A DNA stretch of 26,516 nucleotides from Ginkgo biloba (Eukaryota; Plantae; Ginkgophyta). The notes below the pieces were generated by a model. The model saw only the letters and a list, made by a program, of their open reading frames with translations. It was not told where the DNA came from and searched no databases. Positions 1-11,731 of this stretch are shown here, in pieces. The DNA lies in the NCBI GenBank assembly GCA_024626585.2, contig JANKJI020000004.1, positions 144,620,819 to 144,647,334 on the forward strand, given 5' to 3'. Numbering within the stretch: the stretch's first letter is position 1; each line of letters opens with the position of its first letter. A program made the translations under genes and the position numbers.

Positions 1-614
1 TGAGCATTAATATACACCAAACCTTCCAAAAATAAACACCAATTCAAAACAAATATATTATTAGTATGAATAATAAACTATATAGAAATCCAAATAAAAA
101 ATAAATGTTTGACTATTTGCATCCATAATTAAGTTTTATTATCTTAATACTTAATTAGAGTTGACCTAATACCAAATAGTATTAGATAAAAATGATATTA
201 AAGTATTACCAAAGTTTTAATAAAATATTATTTTGTATCATTAATGTCCATGGGTGAGAGAGAGAGAGATTATGTGCACACATGCACACACAATTAAAAA
301 AATAAAATACTAACTATAGTATAAACCTATGGAAAATAGTTTTGATGATATTTATTATTATTTTAATTCCATTATTTCTATTATTAATTGACACATTATA
401 TGTTTATTATATTATTACCACTTCCAAGTTTATTTTATTTTATTATAACTCTTAAACAAAGATTTAATATTTCAAATGTGCAAATCTATAGCAATAAAGT
501 TTATGTGCATTTATACATATGTACACAATGCTATACTAAACATTGAATACTAAATTTAATAGGTCATGCTATTAATTTCTTATTAACATTGACATTACTC
601 CTTCATAATATATA

Positions 615-1050
615 TGTTGCAGGAGCATTCGGTGCTCACTACGTCGGTGGGTCGACAGGCGTTGGCCAAAGAAAAACTAACGAGCGCCGACAGAAGGAGC
701 ACCAACCTCATTGGTGAAAATAGAGAAAAACTGACTTCTTCGATGAGAAACAAACTCGATATCCGTCAGTGAAGCATAAATCGACATTGTCGGTGGAGAC
801 AACTAACAAGCATTGGAGGGGAAAATTGATGACATTAGCGAAGACAACCAGACTGACATGCGTTGGAGGAGGATCGACAAGACCTCATCAGATGAGAGTA
901 AACTGATGGGAGGCAATTATGTAAAGGCAGACTGACATCAAACACAACTAATGAAGGGAAAGTAGACTTGCGTCGATAGAGCAGAATGCGTAGATAGGCA
1001 GGGTGAAGAGTGTCAATGAAAAGCACTCCTGTGAACGTTGCATCCATTAA
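615..1050 (+). mobile_element. LTR-like fragment, cut by a gap
   Basis: Abrupt GC rise at TGTTGCAGG, with recurring CCGAC/TCGAC/CTGAC motifs about every 35-70 nt and no coding capacity. Confidence 0.45.
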
Positions 1051-2716
1051 NNNNNNNNNNNNNNNNNNNNNNNNNNNNNNNNNNNNNNNNNNNNNNNNNN
1101 NNNNNNNNNNNNNNNNNNNNNNNNNNNNNNNNNNNNNNNNNNNNNNNNNNTTTCTTTAACAATGCCTTTTATGGATGGTCATTTATACAAAAATGACTCA
1201 TCACACTCACGTATTAACCTAAAAAAACTTCTAAGCTTTATTTATATCAACAACATTTTTCATTTGAGTATGTCCTTAAGTTAACTAATCTATTATATAT
1301 TTCATTTAGTAGGCTATTTGTAGTACTACTTGTGCCATTTAATAAAATTGAGCCAAGTGATTGGTGGTATGAGCCTTATATTCTTATGTTTTTTGTGACC
1401 TTATTGTTTACAATAATTTCTATATCGTTTTCAATTATGTGCATTAATTGCATTGACAAACTTATAATTGAATCACAAGATGCTTGGATTTGGATGGGGT
1501 GGTATTTTCCAAAAGCTTCTTGTTGAGTTTGCTTACATGTGATGGCCTACAAATCTCATCCAAGTTTCACTCTTCAAGTTAATATCTACAAATCTCAGCT
1601 ATGAATTCACATTTAATCGAAATGCAAATACACACAAAAAAACATGACAATTATTAGCATTTCCATATGAACATTATTATGTAGCTCGAGACCAATAAAA
1701 GCTTAGTGATCTTCCTTATAAATTGTAAATTGCAATAAGTTTTTGACGCTTTTTTAGTATTTTTTTATTTTAGAACTAATTTTTGTTTTATCATGCTTGG
1801 CACCATTTGGCACATAGGAGTGAGAAATTATTAAGATGTATCACTCTTAGATACAAAGCCTGTATCCTAAATGTAATTCATTCCAAGATACGAAGCCTTT
1901 TTGGAAAGGTTATATGCATATTTTCAAACATATCAAAATAAATTCGTAATAAAACAAATCCATTGTTTATTAGTTAAATGGTGTTTGCTATATTAATTCC
2001 TAGTGTCTCATTTGCAAGCTCTTATTATTGATGACAAGTTATAGAGTGCAAAAATAAATGAGTTTATTTATCATGAATCCCTATTGCATCTGGATCTCAT
2101 CCACCATGCTAAGTAAATCCCTCTAAATCTACACTTATCTCCATTCTTTAGACGGAGATTTATTTCCTCACTTCTTCCAATAATGTGGAAATCCTTCTTA
2201 TAGAAGGTGTTAATCTTTTCTGAATTAACATATAAACTCCTGCATGGTCTAATAACAAGCCCAAGATGGTTTTTATAATGGGAGGAGGTGAAGGATCAAC
2301 CGCAAGGGAGATAGTGAGACACAAAAGCATGAATATAGTAGTTATGTGTGACATTGATGAGGTGAGTAACTTAATTACACTAAAAATCTTGATTCTGAAG
2401 TCTCAAAATTCTCTTAATGTTTTCTTAAAATAATGCAGACTTTAATTTCATCTACAGGAAGTGGTTGACTTCTACAAAAAATACTTAATAGTAAACTAAG
2501 AAGAATATTAAAATAAATGAAGTCTATCTTTGATGAGAGGACAAGAATGTCAATCGATCCTCAAGAAGATTTTTTATCCACATTATTGAAGATTAATACA
2601 AAAAAGGAGGAAAACAAATCAAATCTTAGACAACGAACCTTACTCCAATTGGGAGAATACTAACTGCAAAAGTTGCAAGCAACGTCCAGAATGTCAATCT
2701 ACTTCACAAATGTTGA

Positions 2717-2939
2717 GAAGACAATGGACATAGAGCAAAACAAACACAAAATTGAATCAAACGTGGAATGTAAAGATAAAATGGAGAGAATTAGAAGATG
2801 CTCAAATGCCATTAATTAATCACTGTGATTCCATCGACCTACCGAGGATATGGTATAATAAAATGTTGGATTTGAAGTTGTTAGGAGGTTGTGCAATCTA
2901 CGTTGATCTCAGTGTAAAATTGAATTGTTGAAGAAAATT
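2717..2939. repeat. Dispersed ~220-bp repeat, copy 1
   Basis: Aligns colinearly with 4391-4612 (shared CAAAACAAACACAAAATT, TCAAATGCCATTAATTAATCAC, TGATTCCATC, ATATGGTAT.ATAAAATGTTG, AATTGTTGAA); roughly 80% identity by eye. Confidence 0.9.
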
Positions 2940-3164
2940 GATGTACCCACTTGGTAATTAGAAGATTTATGAAAGTATGCGGAAGTGTATGATCAAATCC
3001 AAGGGGATAATATACTCTGCCACTTTTTGTACTCTTTGTAACACTATAAATTATCTTAATTTCANNNNNNNNNNNNNNNNNNNNNNNNNNNNNNNNNNNN
3101 NNNNNNNNNNNNNNNNNNNNNNNNNNNNNNNNNNNNNNNNNNNNNNNNNNNNNNNNNNNNNNNN

Positions 3165-3455
3165 TCTTCATATAAATGGAAATTAGTCCTATAAACTTTA
3201 TCATTTGATAATAAATGAAAATATAATCATCTTATGATATTTTTTATATACTAAAAAAATTAGTGTTCGACCCACTGCCCCCTATAAATTATCTTTTGAT
3301 AATAAATGCAAATCAAATCCTCATATCTTTATATAAATGGAAATTACTCTATAAACTATCTTTTGATAATATATACAAATCAAATCATCTTATGATATTT
3401 TACAATGTAAATGAAAATTAGTCAAATAAGCGTGTTCAACCAAGCATCCCCCCCT
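3165..3455. repeat. Degenerate AT-rich tandem repeat (~160-bp period with sub-units)
   Basis: TCTT.ATATAAATGGAAATTA..CTATAAA..TATC.TTTGATAAT..AATCATCTTATGATATTTT occurs at 3165 and 3326, with a partial copy at about 3281. Adjacent to a gap. Confidence 0.8.
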
Positions 3456-4074
3456 CCTCTTTCAATCTAAAAATATAAATCACAATGGTTAAAATCTAAT
3501 AAGGAGTTCAATATATTGAATGATGTGCCACAGCAAACTCTACAAAGCCAAGGGCATTGTGCATGAACATGGAGACAACAAATCGTGTATACTAGGTGTA
3601 CATCAGGCTTTTAATAAATGCCACATAAGCCTTGTGGTCCACTGTTTCTGACTATAAAATTGACTCATAAGTTCACACAGTCTGAATCCTGATTAGAGAG
3701 GGGGCCAAAGAAATCTTTTTACAAGCATTCCAGTATCTAAACCTACCCCTTAATTCTATGTGACAATTCCTAAATAGAAAGATAAAGAAGCAAAAATAAA
3801 AATATGGAGAAACAGAAAGTGAGGTGGTGAGGCCACAAAAAGCAGCAAATACCAAAACAAAATTCTCAAAGGATATAAAAGTCAAAATAGAATACCAACA
3901 CTTGGTGGTACGGCTTCCGAGTTTCTATATAGATAATGGTGATTTTTCTCTCAGCATACAAGCACCAATTTTAAATATGGAGAAACGGCATAGAAATATA
4001 AAACAACAATTCCAGCATTCTAACAATGGCATCCACATTCAGACTCCACCTAACCCTCAAACACCCTATTAGCG

Positions 4075-4138
4075 GATAGATGAAGGTTCAGATAAATATA
4101 ACACAGCGTGCTTGAATTCATCTGAACCTTCATCTATC
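4075..4138. repeat. Perfect 19-bp inverted repeat (hairpin)
   Basis: GATAGATGAAGGTTCAGAT (4075-4093) is the exact reverse complement of ATCTGAACCTTCATCTATC (4120-4138). Confidence 0.95.
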
Positions 4139-4390
4139 AACATAAAGCCCAAAGGCAAAGGGTTCCTCCAAATCACACTTATGAGTAAAGAATTGTACGC
4201 ATGGTCCCTGGCTTGTCAGCAATAGAGGGGACACATTCCTACAGTGGAATCCATATTTGGTCTCCACCTAACCCTGCTCAATGGGGATGCCATTATTGCT
4301 TAAATCAACTTTCATGCCTTATGAATACAAGGATCATGAGGCACTATATTGCATCAGTAGTTTCAGTAGCACAATCCCCATGAATAATAA

Positions 4391-4612
4391 GAAGACAATA
4401 GGCACAAAACAAAACAAACACAAAATTAAATTGAATGTGAAATTTAGAGACAGAATGGAGGGAATTGGAAGATGTTCAAATGCCATTAATTAATCACCAT
4501 GATTCCATCAACCTACCAAAAATATGGTATGATAAAATGTTGAATTTGGATTTAATAGGAGGTCGTATAATCTACATTGATTTTGTGTAAAATCAAATTG
4601 TTGAAAAAAATT
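4391..4612. repeat. Dispersed ~220-bp repeat, copy 2
   Basis: Direct-orientation copy of 2717-2939; most differences are transitions. Confidence 0.9.
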
Positions 4613-6038
4613 AGATACAATAAATCTAATATAAAAATTGATTTAAAATGAATGATGAATGCATGCATGCGAGAGTATCAAGATTAGAGACAGTAAAAAG
4701 TCGATTGTCGCCCCCTCTCTCATTTACTTCATATTTTAATGCATTAAAACTTTCATCATACTATTTTTTGACTTTAAAAATATATTCTCTCTATATTTCA
4801 ACAACAACATTCCCTAGTAATAAAAATACAGCTGTTTAGATAATACACAAATCTCCATTTGGAATTCCATTGGTTGTTGAAAGTAATAAGAGCCACATCG
4901 TGGCGAGTCCCTGTCGTTCAATCTGTTATTAAAAAATTATTAAAAAAATGTTGCGTTACTGTTGAATCGATTCGAATAAGTCCATTTTTGTTATTTTGAA
5001 GGTGCAACTGCGTCTTCTATTCCCACAGATATATGCATACAGGGAATAAGAAGGGGATTATTTTCTGCACAGGTCACATGATAAAAAAATTGATTTTTTT
5101 CTTAAAGAGTTATTTCATGCCCAGGTCAAAGGTTCAATTCAGAAGCCAACATCCGCTTGTTTTACACACATATGGTCATTTGAATAAGTGACTGGACTCA
5201 TTGATTGCATTCAATCCTTCCTACACTACTTTGTGTACTTATTCTTGATATCTACAAATAATACTCCTATTTATATAAAACACAAGAAGTAAAAAATATT
5301 ATAAATGAAATTCAATCTGAGATAAAATTCGCTTTAATTCCACGACCTGTGATTAATGTGTAGCCTATCTCTAAACTCATTCAATCTCTAAAAAAATTGG
5401 TGAGTATGAACAATTTAGGGCTTTGAATCTGTAGATGACCAAACACTAATACATAATTTCCATTGGCTCTTAATAATATCCTCTGAATTTTTTGTTGCTG
5501 TAAAACTCCTTGCAATTGTGTCCATTTGCCATTGGCCACAACATGNNNNNNNNNNNNNNNNNNNNNNNNNNNNNNNNNNNNNNNNNNNNNNNNNNNNNNN
5601 NNNNNNNNNNNNNNNNNNNNNNNNNNNNNNNNNNNNNNNNNNNNNACATTACTAGGGAAACTATGAGATTCACACCTAGACTAAGTGGATACCCCTTCCA
5701 CTTACTTGAGTTTCATGTATTGAACACCCACAAGTGATGAATTTGTTACTTGGCATAGAGGATTTGGAAATTATTCCACTTGCAAGTACATTGTGACTAA
5801 CTTGCGATTGACCAGTAGTGGGCAATCTTTGATTACCTTATATTATAGAGTTAACAACAAGAGCAGTTAGAGGTTGGGACTCTATTTAATAACTTTGCTT
5901 AATGGAGCAAGAGCATTTGTTTCTTGAGTATGTAGTTTACCTTGTTTCCATAATAAAAGTATGAAATTATGCCATTGAGAGTGCTTGAATGCGTTTCCAT
6001 AATTTTTTTGCATCCATAGTTGCTCTCTTTTCACTTTA

Positions 6039-6576
6039 TGTTGCAACAAAAATCATTATGCAGAAGTTTCACCTCAATTTTCAAGAGTAATTCATCCCAA
6101 AGTGGTTCAAGGCATAAGCATACTTTAAACTAACATATTGGAAAGAAAACACCCATTTGAAGAAACCATTAATGTTCAATTTTGCTCCAACACCTCCAGT
6201 AAGACTCATCATGATTTCAATTTTCATATGCAAGTTCAAAAACATCTAAGATTCAAACTTTTGCCATTTAGTTGATTTAAACAGTCCTATACAGTCTGAT
6301 TGTCACTATAGTATCTTGCAACAAAAGTGCCTACTAAAGCCCAAACTTGTGCCAAAAGATGTGTATTTCAGTTAGCTTTCTAAAAATATAGATTTTAAGG
6401 AAAACGGAGCCCGATGAGCAAGTTACACCCATTTTATTAACAGCATATCAAAAATTTCTACATGTTGTCTAGTACTAATAACTTGCTTTCCTTCAATGTT
6501 TTCTTCACTTTTGATTGAAATCCACTAGCAACCATCTACAAAGTATTTCCACTGCAAGGCCAAGTATTTCATATCA
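6039..6576 (+). mobile_element. 5' LTR of the + strand gypsy element (left boundary uncertain)
   Basis: Ends in CA directly before the PBS. The start is placed tentatively at TGTTGCAACA and could extend to about 5735 or into the gap. No second LTR is available to fix the boundary. Confidence 0.5.
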
Positions 6577-6578
6577 CT

Positions 6579-6591
6579 TGGTATCAAAGCC
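6579..6591 (+). other. Primer-binding site (tRNA-iMet) of the + strand gypsy element
   Basis: TGGTATCAAAGCC, one mismatch to canonical TGGTATCAGAGCC. It lies 2 nt after an LTR-type end ...ATATCA (6576) and about 110 nt before the gag ATG. Confidence 0.85.
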
Positions 6592-6700
6592 TAGCACTCC
6601 AAAGGTATAAAGCTCCATATTTTATTTTTCGCCCCTTCTCATGTTCATTATTGTTCATCCATCCTAGTTCATTCCTTTTAGTGGGAGGCAAACCATCTCA

Positions 6701-7969
6701 ATGGCATCCAATAGAAGAAGCAATCGAGAGTCGAATGCATCAAATGTCGAGCAACCAAATATGAAAAACTTTGCACAACTCATGCAAAATATGGTGCTTC
6801 AGCAATAGGAGTTAGCTACAACTCTTACATCTCTAGAGTTTTTACTTCTCGACCTCAAGCACATTCTTCTAGTTTAAAGGTGGACATGAAGACTAATGTC
6901 AAGACATTTGATGGCTCATGAGATCCTAAAAAATCCAATACTAAGATCAAAGAAATGGAAAATTGATTCAAGTATGCTAAGACATCAGAATTACTATTAT
7001 CAATACTATTATCCAATACTATTATCTTGTAGAAGTCAAGCTTCCTAGACTTGCAGGAATTACTATTATTGATCAAGATGCAAATAAAAATCCCATTGAT
7101 ACATGGGATGATCTTAAACAAGAGCTTAAAGATTCAATTTAGCCTCATGGCAATAAGTAAGAGCTTAAAATGAAATGGGCTTAATTGCAACACATGCATG
7201 GACAAAATGTCCTATCATATGTAGAAGAATTTCACAACTTGCGGATTAAGCTTCATATCAAAGATCTAGAAGAAAAACCATTCATCAAATTTAAGAGTAA
7301 TCTACACCTAGCTAGTTCCTAAAAGATGAAGAAGAATTTCACAAGTTGTTCAAAGATCCAAAAGAAAACCTCATCATCAAATTCAAGAGTGGTTTACACC
7401 AAGCTTTTTCCCAAAAGATGAAGTAATTTCCCATCAACAAGTTAGATAAATCATTTTAGTTTGCCGTAGATGTTGCATCAGAAATGCGAGAACCACACCT
7501 TTCATTTCAGAAGAAGGGTCAATCTAATCCTAAACAAAGAGGTTATGGTGACAGTCTCTTTTATAAAAAATCTTCTTTCAATTCAAATGCTGCAAAAAAA
7601 AAAGTTGTTCTTTTGATAATAGGAAATTTTGTACAAATCATAAAAGAAGTGGACATGATACGAGTGAATGCTCACTTAATAAAATAATAGAAATCCCCCT
7701 CTCAGCACATCGATTGCACACCAAACAAATAAGACTAATATTACTATAGATTCCAATGAGCCTCAACTAGATCTTGTCTTGTTAGAGAAGGATTTGACCA
7801 ATCTAGATCATAAGAATTTGTTTGTGACTAAAGCAATGTTACGAAAGCAAGCCATAGTCAACATGATTTGTGACAATGGAAGCTAGAAGAACCTAATTTC
7901 AAAGAGATTTCTTAATGAGTTACAACTTCTTATCATGCCAATCTATATCCTTACCCACTTAGTTGGGTC
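6701..7969 (+). mobile_element. Decayed Ty3/gypsy LTR retrotransposon gag-protease remnant
   Basis: Manual translation through stops and frameshifts gives KVDMKTNVKTFDGS*DP..KEMEN*F and PIDTWDDLKQELK..KWA*LQHMHGQNVLSYVEEFHNL..KFKSGLH (Retrotrans_gag pattern). It also gives a zinc knuckle CTNHKRSGHDTSEC (7630-7671), protease NLFVT..MICDNGS*KNLIS (catalytic D at 7872) and YPYPLSWV (7946-7969). RT and integrase are not seen. Preceded by a PBS. Confidence 0.9.
7224..7422 (+). repeat. Diverged tandem duplication (107 and 92 bp) inside gag
   Basis: GAAGAATTTCACAA..CAAAGATC..TCATCAAATT.AAGAGT..TACACC..AAAAGATGAA starts at 7224 and again at 7331. Confidence 0.85.
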
Positions 7970-8830
7970 AAATCTAGGACTTCCCATCTTACATTTTAGG
8001 AAATGGAGCTCTGTTAGGGTTTAGCCCAATGGAGGGAGATGGCAACCAGTTTCTCTTGTTCCTCTGGTGTTTGGCTATGGTGTTGGTCACGTGAGGTTCT
8101 CTTGTGTCCTTGGAGCTCTATAGGTTCTGCTCATGTATTCTAGTTGGATTTGGGCAGGCCAGTAGATAACCCACTTTGCAACACTCTTAGACTTCCTCCA
8201 CAACAATCTCCATCAAATCTGATCTATGGGATTGCAAATGGTCTTTGTTGCTTAGATGCCGTTTATGATTCCAATTGCTTTGCCTGAAATGATTCCTCCA
8301 AAATTGCAGGACATAGTATTTAAGCACTACGCATTTCTTTGATTAGTTAGAGCATACATTTTCTCCAACAAACAAAGAATCATATGTTTGAATCCAATGT
8401 TTGTGCATGCACAGTGTCAGAATAAATGGAGAAAAGTGTTAGTTTTATTAATTAGCCACTAGTACATATTATTTTAAAAGGAATCGTCTAGCTTTTTTTA
8501 AGGAAAGTTAGGTTTAGCATTTTAAATTTTTTTTACTAATATTTTAATAAATTCATGACAATAAAAGCAAAAATATCAAATATATTCGACAAAAATAAAT
8601 GAGATTAAATAAAAAAAGGAAAAGTATTTAAAAAAAAAAATTAATATTTTCAAATCACAACATAAACAAACTATATTTCAAAAAAATAAATGTTTTTATT
8701 AGCTAATGAGATTACAAACTATTGGTATAGTTTCCTCCGTGAAGCACAGGGAGTAATAAACATTATCCTAAGTATTACAGAATATTAGAGCGTACTCGAA
8801 CCTGGGACTGCAAGGTGTTGTTCAGAAGAT

Positions 8831-9616
8831 ATGGCAGCGGAAGAGCAGAAGACCAGCCCTTTGGAGGGGCGTGTAGCCATCGTCACTGGTGCATCCAGAG
8901 GCATTGGCAAAGAAATCGCTCTGCATTTGGCTCGTAAAGGAGCCAAAGTGGTTGTCAATTACTCTGGAAATCAAGAGAAAGCAGAGGAAATTGCATCCAT
9001 AATTAACAACTCCGCCCAGGGCGATGATCTGCGAGCCATTGCCTTCAAAGCAGATGTCACCAATTCTTCCGAGGTAAGCAGACTCTTTGATAAGGCCGAA
9101 GAAACGTTTGGGAGGATCCACATAGTTGTAAACACTGCAGGGGTACTCGACCCAAAGTATCCATCCCTTGCAGAAACCACTGAACAAGACTGGGACTGGG
9201 TGTTCAACGTTAACTGCAAAGGAACATTTCTCTCTTCCAAGGAAGCTGCCAAGAGACTCGTTAATGGCGGCGGGGGGCGTATAATTAATCTGTCTTCCTC
9301 GATTGTTGGCAGCCTTAAGCCGGGATTCGCAGCTTACGCGGCCACCAAGGCTGCGGTGGAGACGATGACCAGAATATTGGCGAAGGAGTTGAGGGGCACC
9401 AAGATCACTGCCAATTGTGTAGCCCCTGGTCCGATTGCCACCGAGATGTTCTTTGCGGGGAAGAGTGAAACCGTTATCCAAGCAAGTATCATGGAAAGTC
9501 CGCTGGAGCGCTTGGGGGAAGTCCAAGATGTTGCTCCGCTTGTTGCTTTCTTAGCTAGTGACGAAGGGGAGTGGATTAATGCTCAGGTTATTAGGGTTAA
9601 TGGTGGCTATGCATAA
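8831..9616 (+). CDS. Classical short-chain dehydrogenase/reductase, 261 aa, intronless CDS; resembles plant NADPH-dependent aldehyde reductase-like / FabG-like SDRs (At3g03980/At3g04000-type)
   Basis: Uninterrupted ATG..TAA ORF, GC-richer than its flanks. SDR motifs are in the correct order: TGASRGIG (TGxxxGxG), ADV, VNTAG (NNAG-like), catalytic Ser region INLSSS, YAATK (YxxxK), APGPIAT, and C-terminal WINAQVIRVNGG. No obvious N-terminal transit peptide. The subfamily assignment is from recall, not a search. Confidence 0.95.
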   Translation: MAAEEQKTSPLEGRVAIVTGASRGIGKEIALHLARKGAKVVVNYSGNQEKAEEIASIINNSAQGDDLRAIAFKADVTNSSEVSRLFDKAEETFGRIHIVVNTAGVLDPKYPSLAETTEQDWDWVFNVNCKGTFLSSKEAAKRLVNGGGGRIINLSSSIVGSLKPGFAAYAATKAAVETMTRILAKELRGTKITANCVAPGPIATEMFFAGKSETVIQASIMESPLERLGEVQDVAPLVAFLASDEGEWINAQVIRVNGGYA

Positions 9617-11731
9617 ATTCAGGTATTTCTCAGACAGGTTCTTGTCTGTTTTGGATATGACCAAAAGTTCATTGATATGGTTTTTCAATGCCGCGTGTTT
9701 TAGACATCTGGCGCTGCCGATTACTATTACAAAGCTTTGAATGATAATTAGCCTAGGCTAATTTAGCATTTGGAGTTAGGATTTTCATATATTAGGCTCC
9801 GTGTTGTATGTTAGCTGTAATCCGCGGAGGATGGGTTGGATACGATAATAAAAATAAACATTTAAAACCTTCATCTAGTTCATTGTGTCGTATTGATTTT
9901 GAGTTTCATCAAAGCTTGATCAAGTGTAGGGGTCGAATGACGTTTGTCTTGTTTTTTTTTATGTTCGTTCAACCTGTGGCAGAAATTGTACATCCTTTGG
10001 CCTCTAAATGGTAAGGGGTTATGTTATTTTTCTGCAAGGAGTTGTTCAAATTTCTCATTTGTAGAGAACAATTTTCTCCTATTCTTTGCCACAATTTATT
10101 CCTTCTTACGCGCCTCACTAAATTCATACATTTGGATGGGGGGATTGAATGGTGTTGTAAGTTTTAATTAAAGCAGCGAAAAACAAGAAGCCATTTCCTT
10201 ATTATTATTTTTTGCCCCATATAGTTCAAAAGGGTGCTGTTTTGCTTTCAATATTTGGTGTTTCCTCAATTAGCTGTTCCTTGGATCCTCCTCTCTATTC
10301 ATAAGGAGCACAGGACAAGAGTGAACTCCTTTTCCTGATTCTACTGCTTTATTTACTCTATTTCATGGATACAGGGCAGCTGAATTTTTTTGATGTCCCT
10401 GCAAATCTAGAATCTTCCAATGTAGTATTTCATGCCCTGTTCAATATCTGTGTGCTGAGTGCAAATGAGTACCTCTGGATGCAAGCCTGTTGTAACAGAT
10501 AATTTGAGATAGTTTCTTTGCAAAGGTACATACTCCCTGCAAGCTCTTTGTGCACAGCTGGATTTTTAACCTTAAGCTACTAATTATTGTAAAGTTTTGT
10601 TGATGTTGGCTGCCATTGAGCTTTGCCATTGTCCTGAATGCAAGATCATTTGTTTCCAATGATTCTGGGATTAAGCTTCTTGTATGGAGCTGCCCATATA
10701 TATTTGCTTTCTTGTTTCCTTGCTTATTATTGTGTTTACTTGCTCCATAAGAGGATATGATACCTTTTGTAACTTTGAGAGATTTACAAAAGGCAAATCT
10801 GACATCCCTGGATAATCTTGAATTTGGTGCCCTTTCATTTTATATTTTACATAAAACATATCCCCTTTAAGAATTTTTATATCTTTCATTTAAAGTGGTA
10901 ATTGCAGTCTTTTTCTAGAGAAAATGTTTTCTATCCTTTCAGTCATTTAGGTCAAGTTCCCTAGTAGTGCATCTTATCCATGTCCAACCTTACTAAGAAT
11001 ATTCTGCCCTTTTATTGTTCGACTCTTTCCTTTTGTATTTCATTTTAAGGAAACATATCATAATTGTAACCTCTTGCAATTCCCTTCAAATTTATGTCTT
11101 TAATTTCCACGTTCATTACATTTGTCCCCTCATATCCATAACGTTGTTCCTTCCATTACTTCAGGTGTAAGTTATGATAGAAACCAAGTTCAATGTTGTT
11201 TAGAATGGCCATAAGTTAAACTTATTTGGCCTAGATTATTTAGTCTTCGCATATAGTCTTCTATTCTCTCATGTGCTTGCTTTACAATTTCTCGGGTTCC
11301 ATTAAAAGCCAGGCTTTTAGAATTTTTTATAAACAATTGTTTGTAAATGTTCCTTTTTTATAGTTGAGAACCAAATTTTCCTTTTGAGAGCGGCAAAGAA
11401 AAGCTTTAACCATGATTGTTCACTGGCCCGATCATGAATTGAGTTGATTAAAAATAGAATTAAACACATGTTGATGCAGATATCGAAGACTGGTCTTTCC
11501 CAAGAATAAGGAAAGTTATGACATTTTACTTGTAGCATGCTTTTTGCATGTGACATTCAATCGGGGAATTCTTCTGCAATTGCATTTATGGGAATAGATA
11601 GCATTACAAAAGTGCCCATAGATTAGTTAGGNNNNNNNNNNNNNNNNNNNNNNNNNNNNNNNNNNNNNNNNNNNNNNNNNNNNNNNNNNNNNNNNNNNNN
11701 NNNNNNNNNNNNNNNNNNNNNNNNNNNNNNN

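Noticed and set aside
5014-5053. Imperfect inverted repeat CTTCTATTCCC / GGGAATAAGAAG
   Set aside because: An 11-bp stem with a bulge and an unpaired 17-nt interior; plausible by chance.
8793-8810. Minus-strand GTCCCAGGTTCGAG resembling a tRNA T-arm / Pol III B box
   Set aside because: No complementary T-stem, A box or cloverleaf; too short to call a tRNA or SINE.
8822-9526. 234-aa antisense ORF (and nested 93-aa ORF) overlapping the SDR
   Set aside because: Long shadow ORFs opposite GC-richer coding sequence are common, including in SDR genes. There are no recognisable motifs, and it ends where the gene begins.
8831-9616. Horizontal transfer or retrogene origin of the intronless SDR
   Set aside because: As I recall, this plant SDR clade is generally intron-poor. 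No poly(A) tail or target-site duplication is visible, so being intronless is not evidence.
10366-10503. 45-aa ORF MDTGQLNFFDVPANLESS...
   Set aside because: Short, with no recognisable motif or other support.
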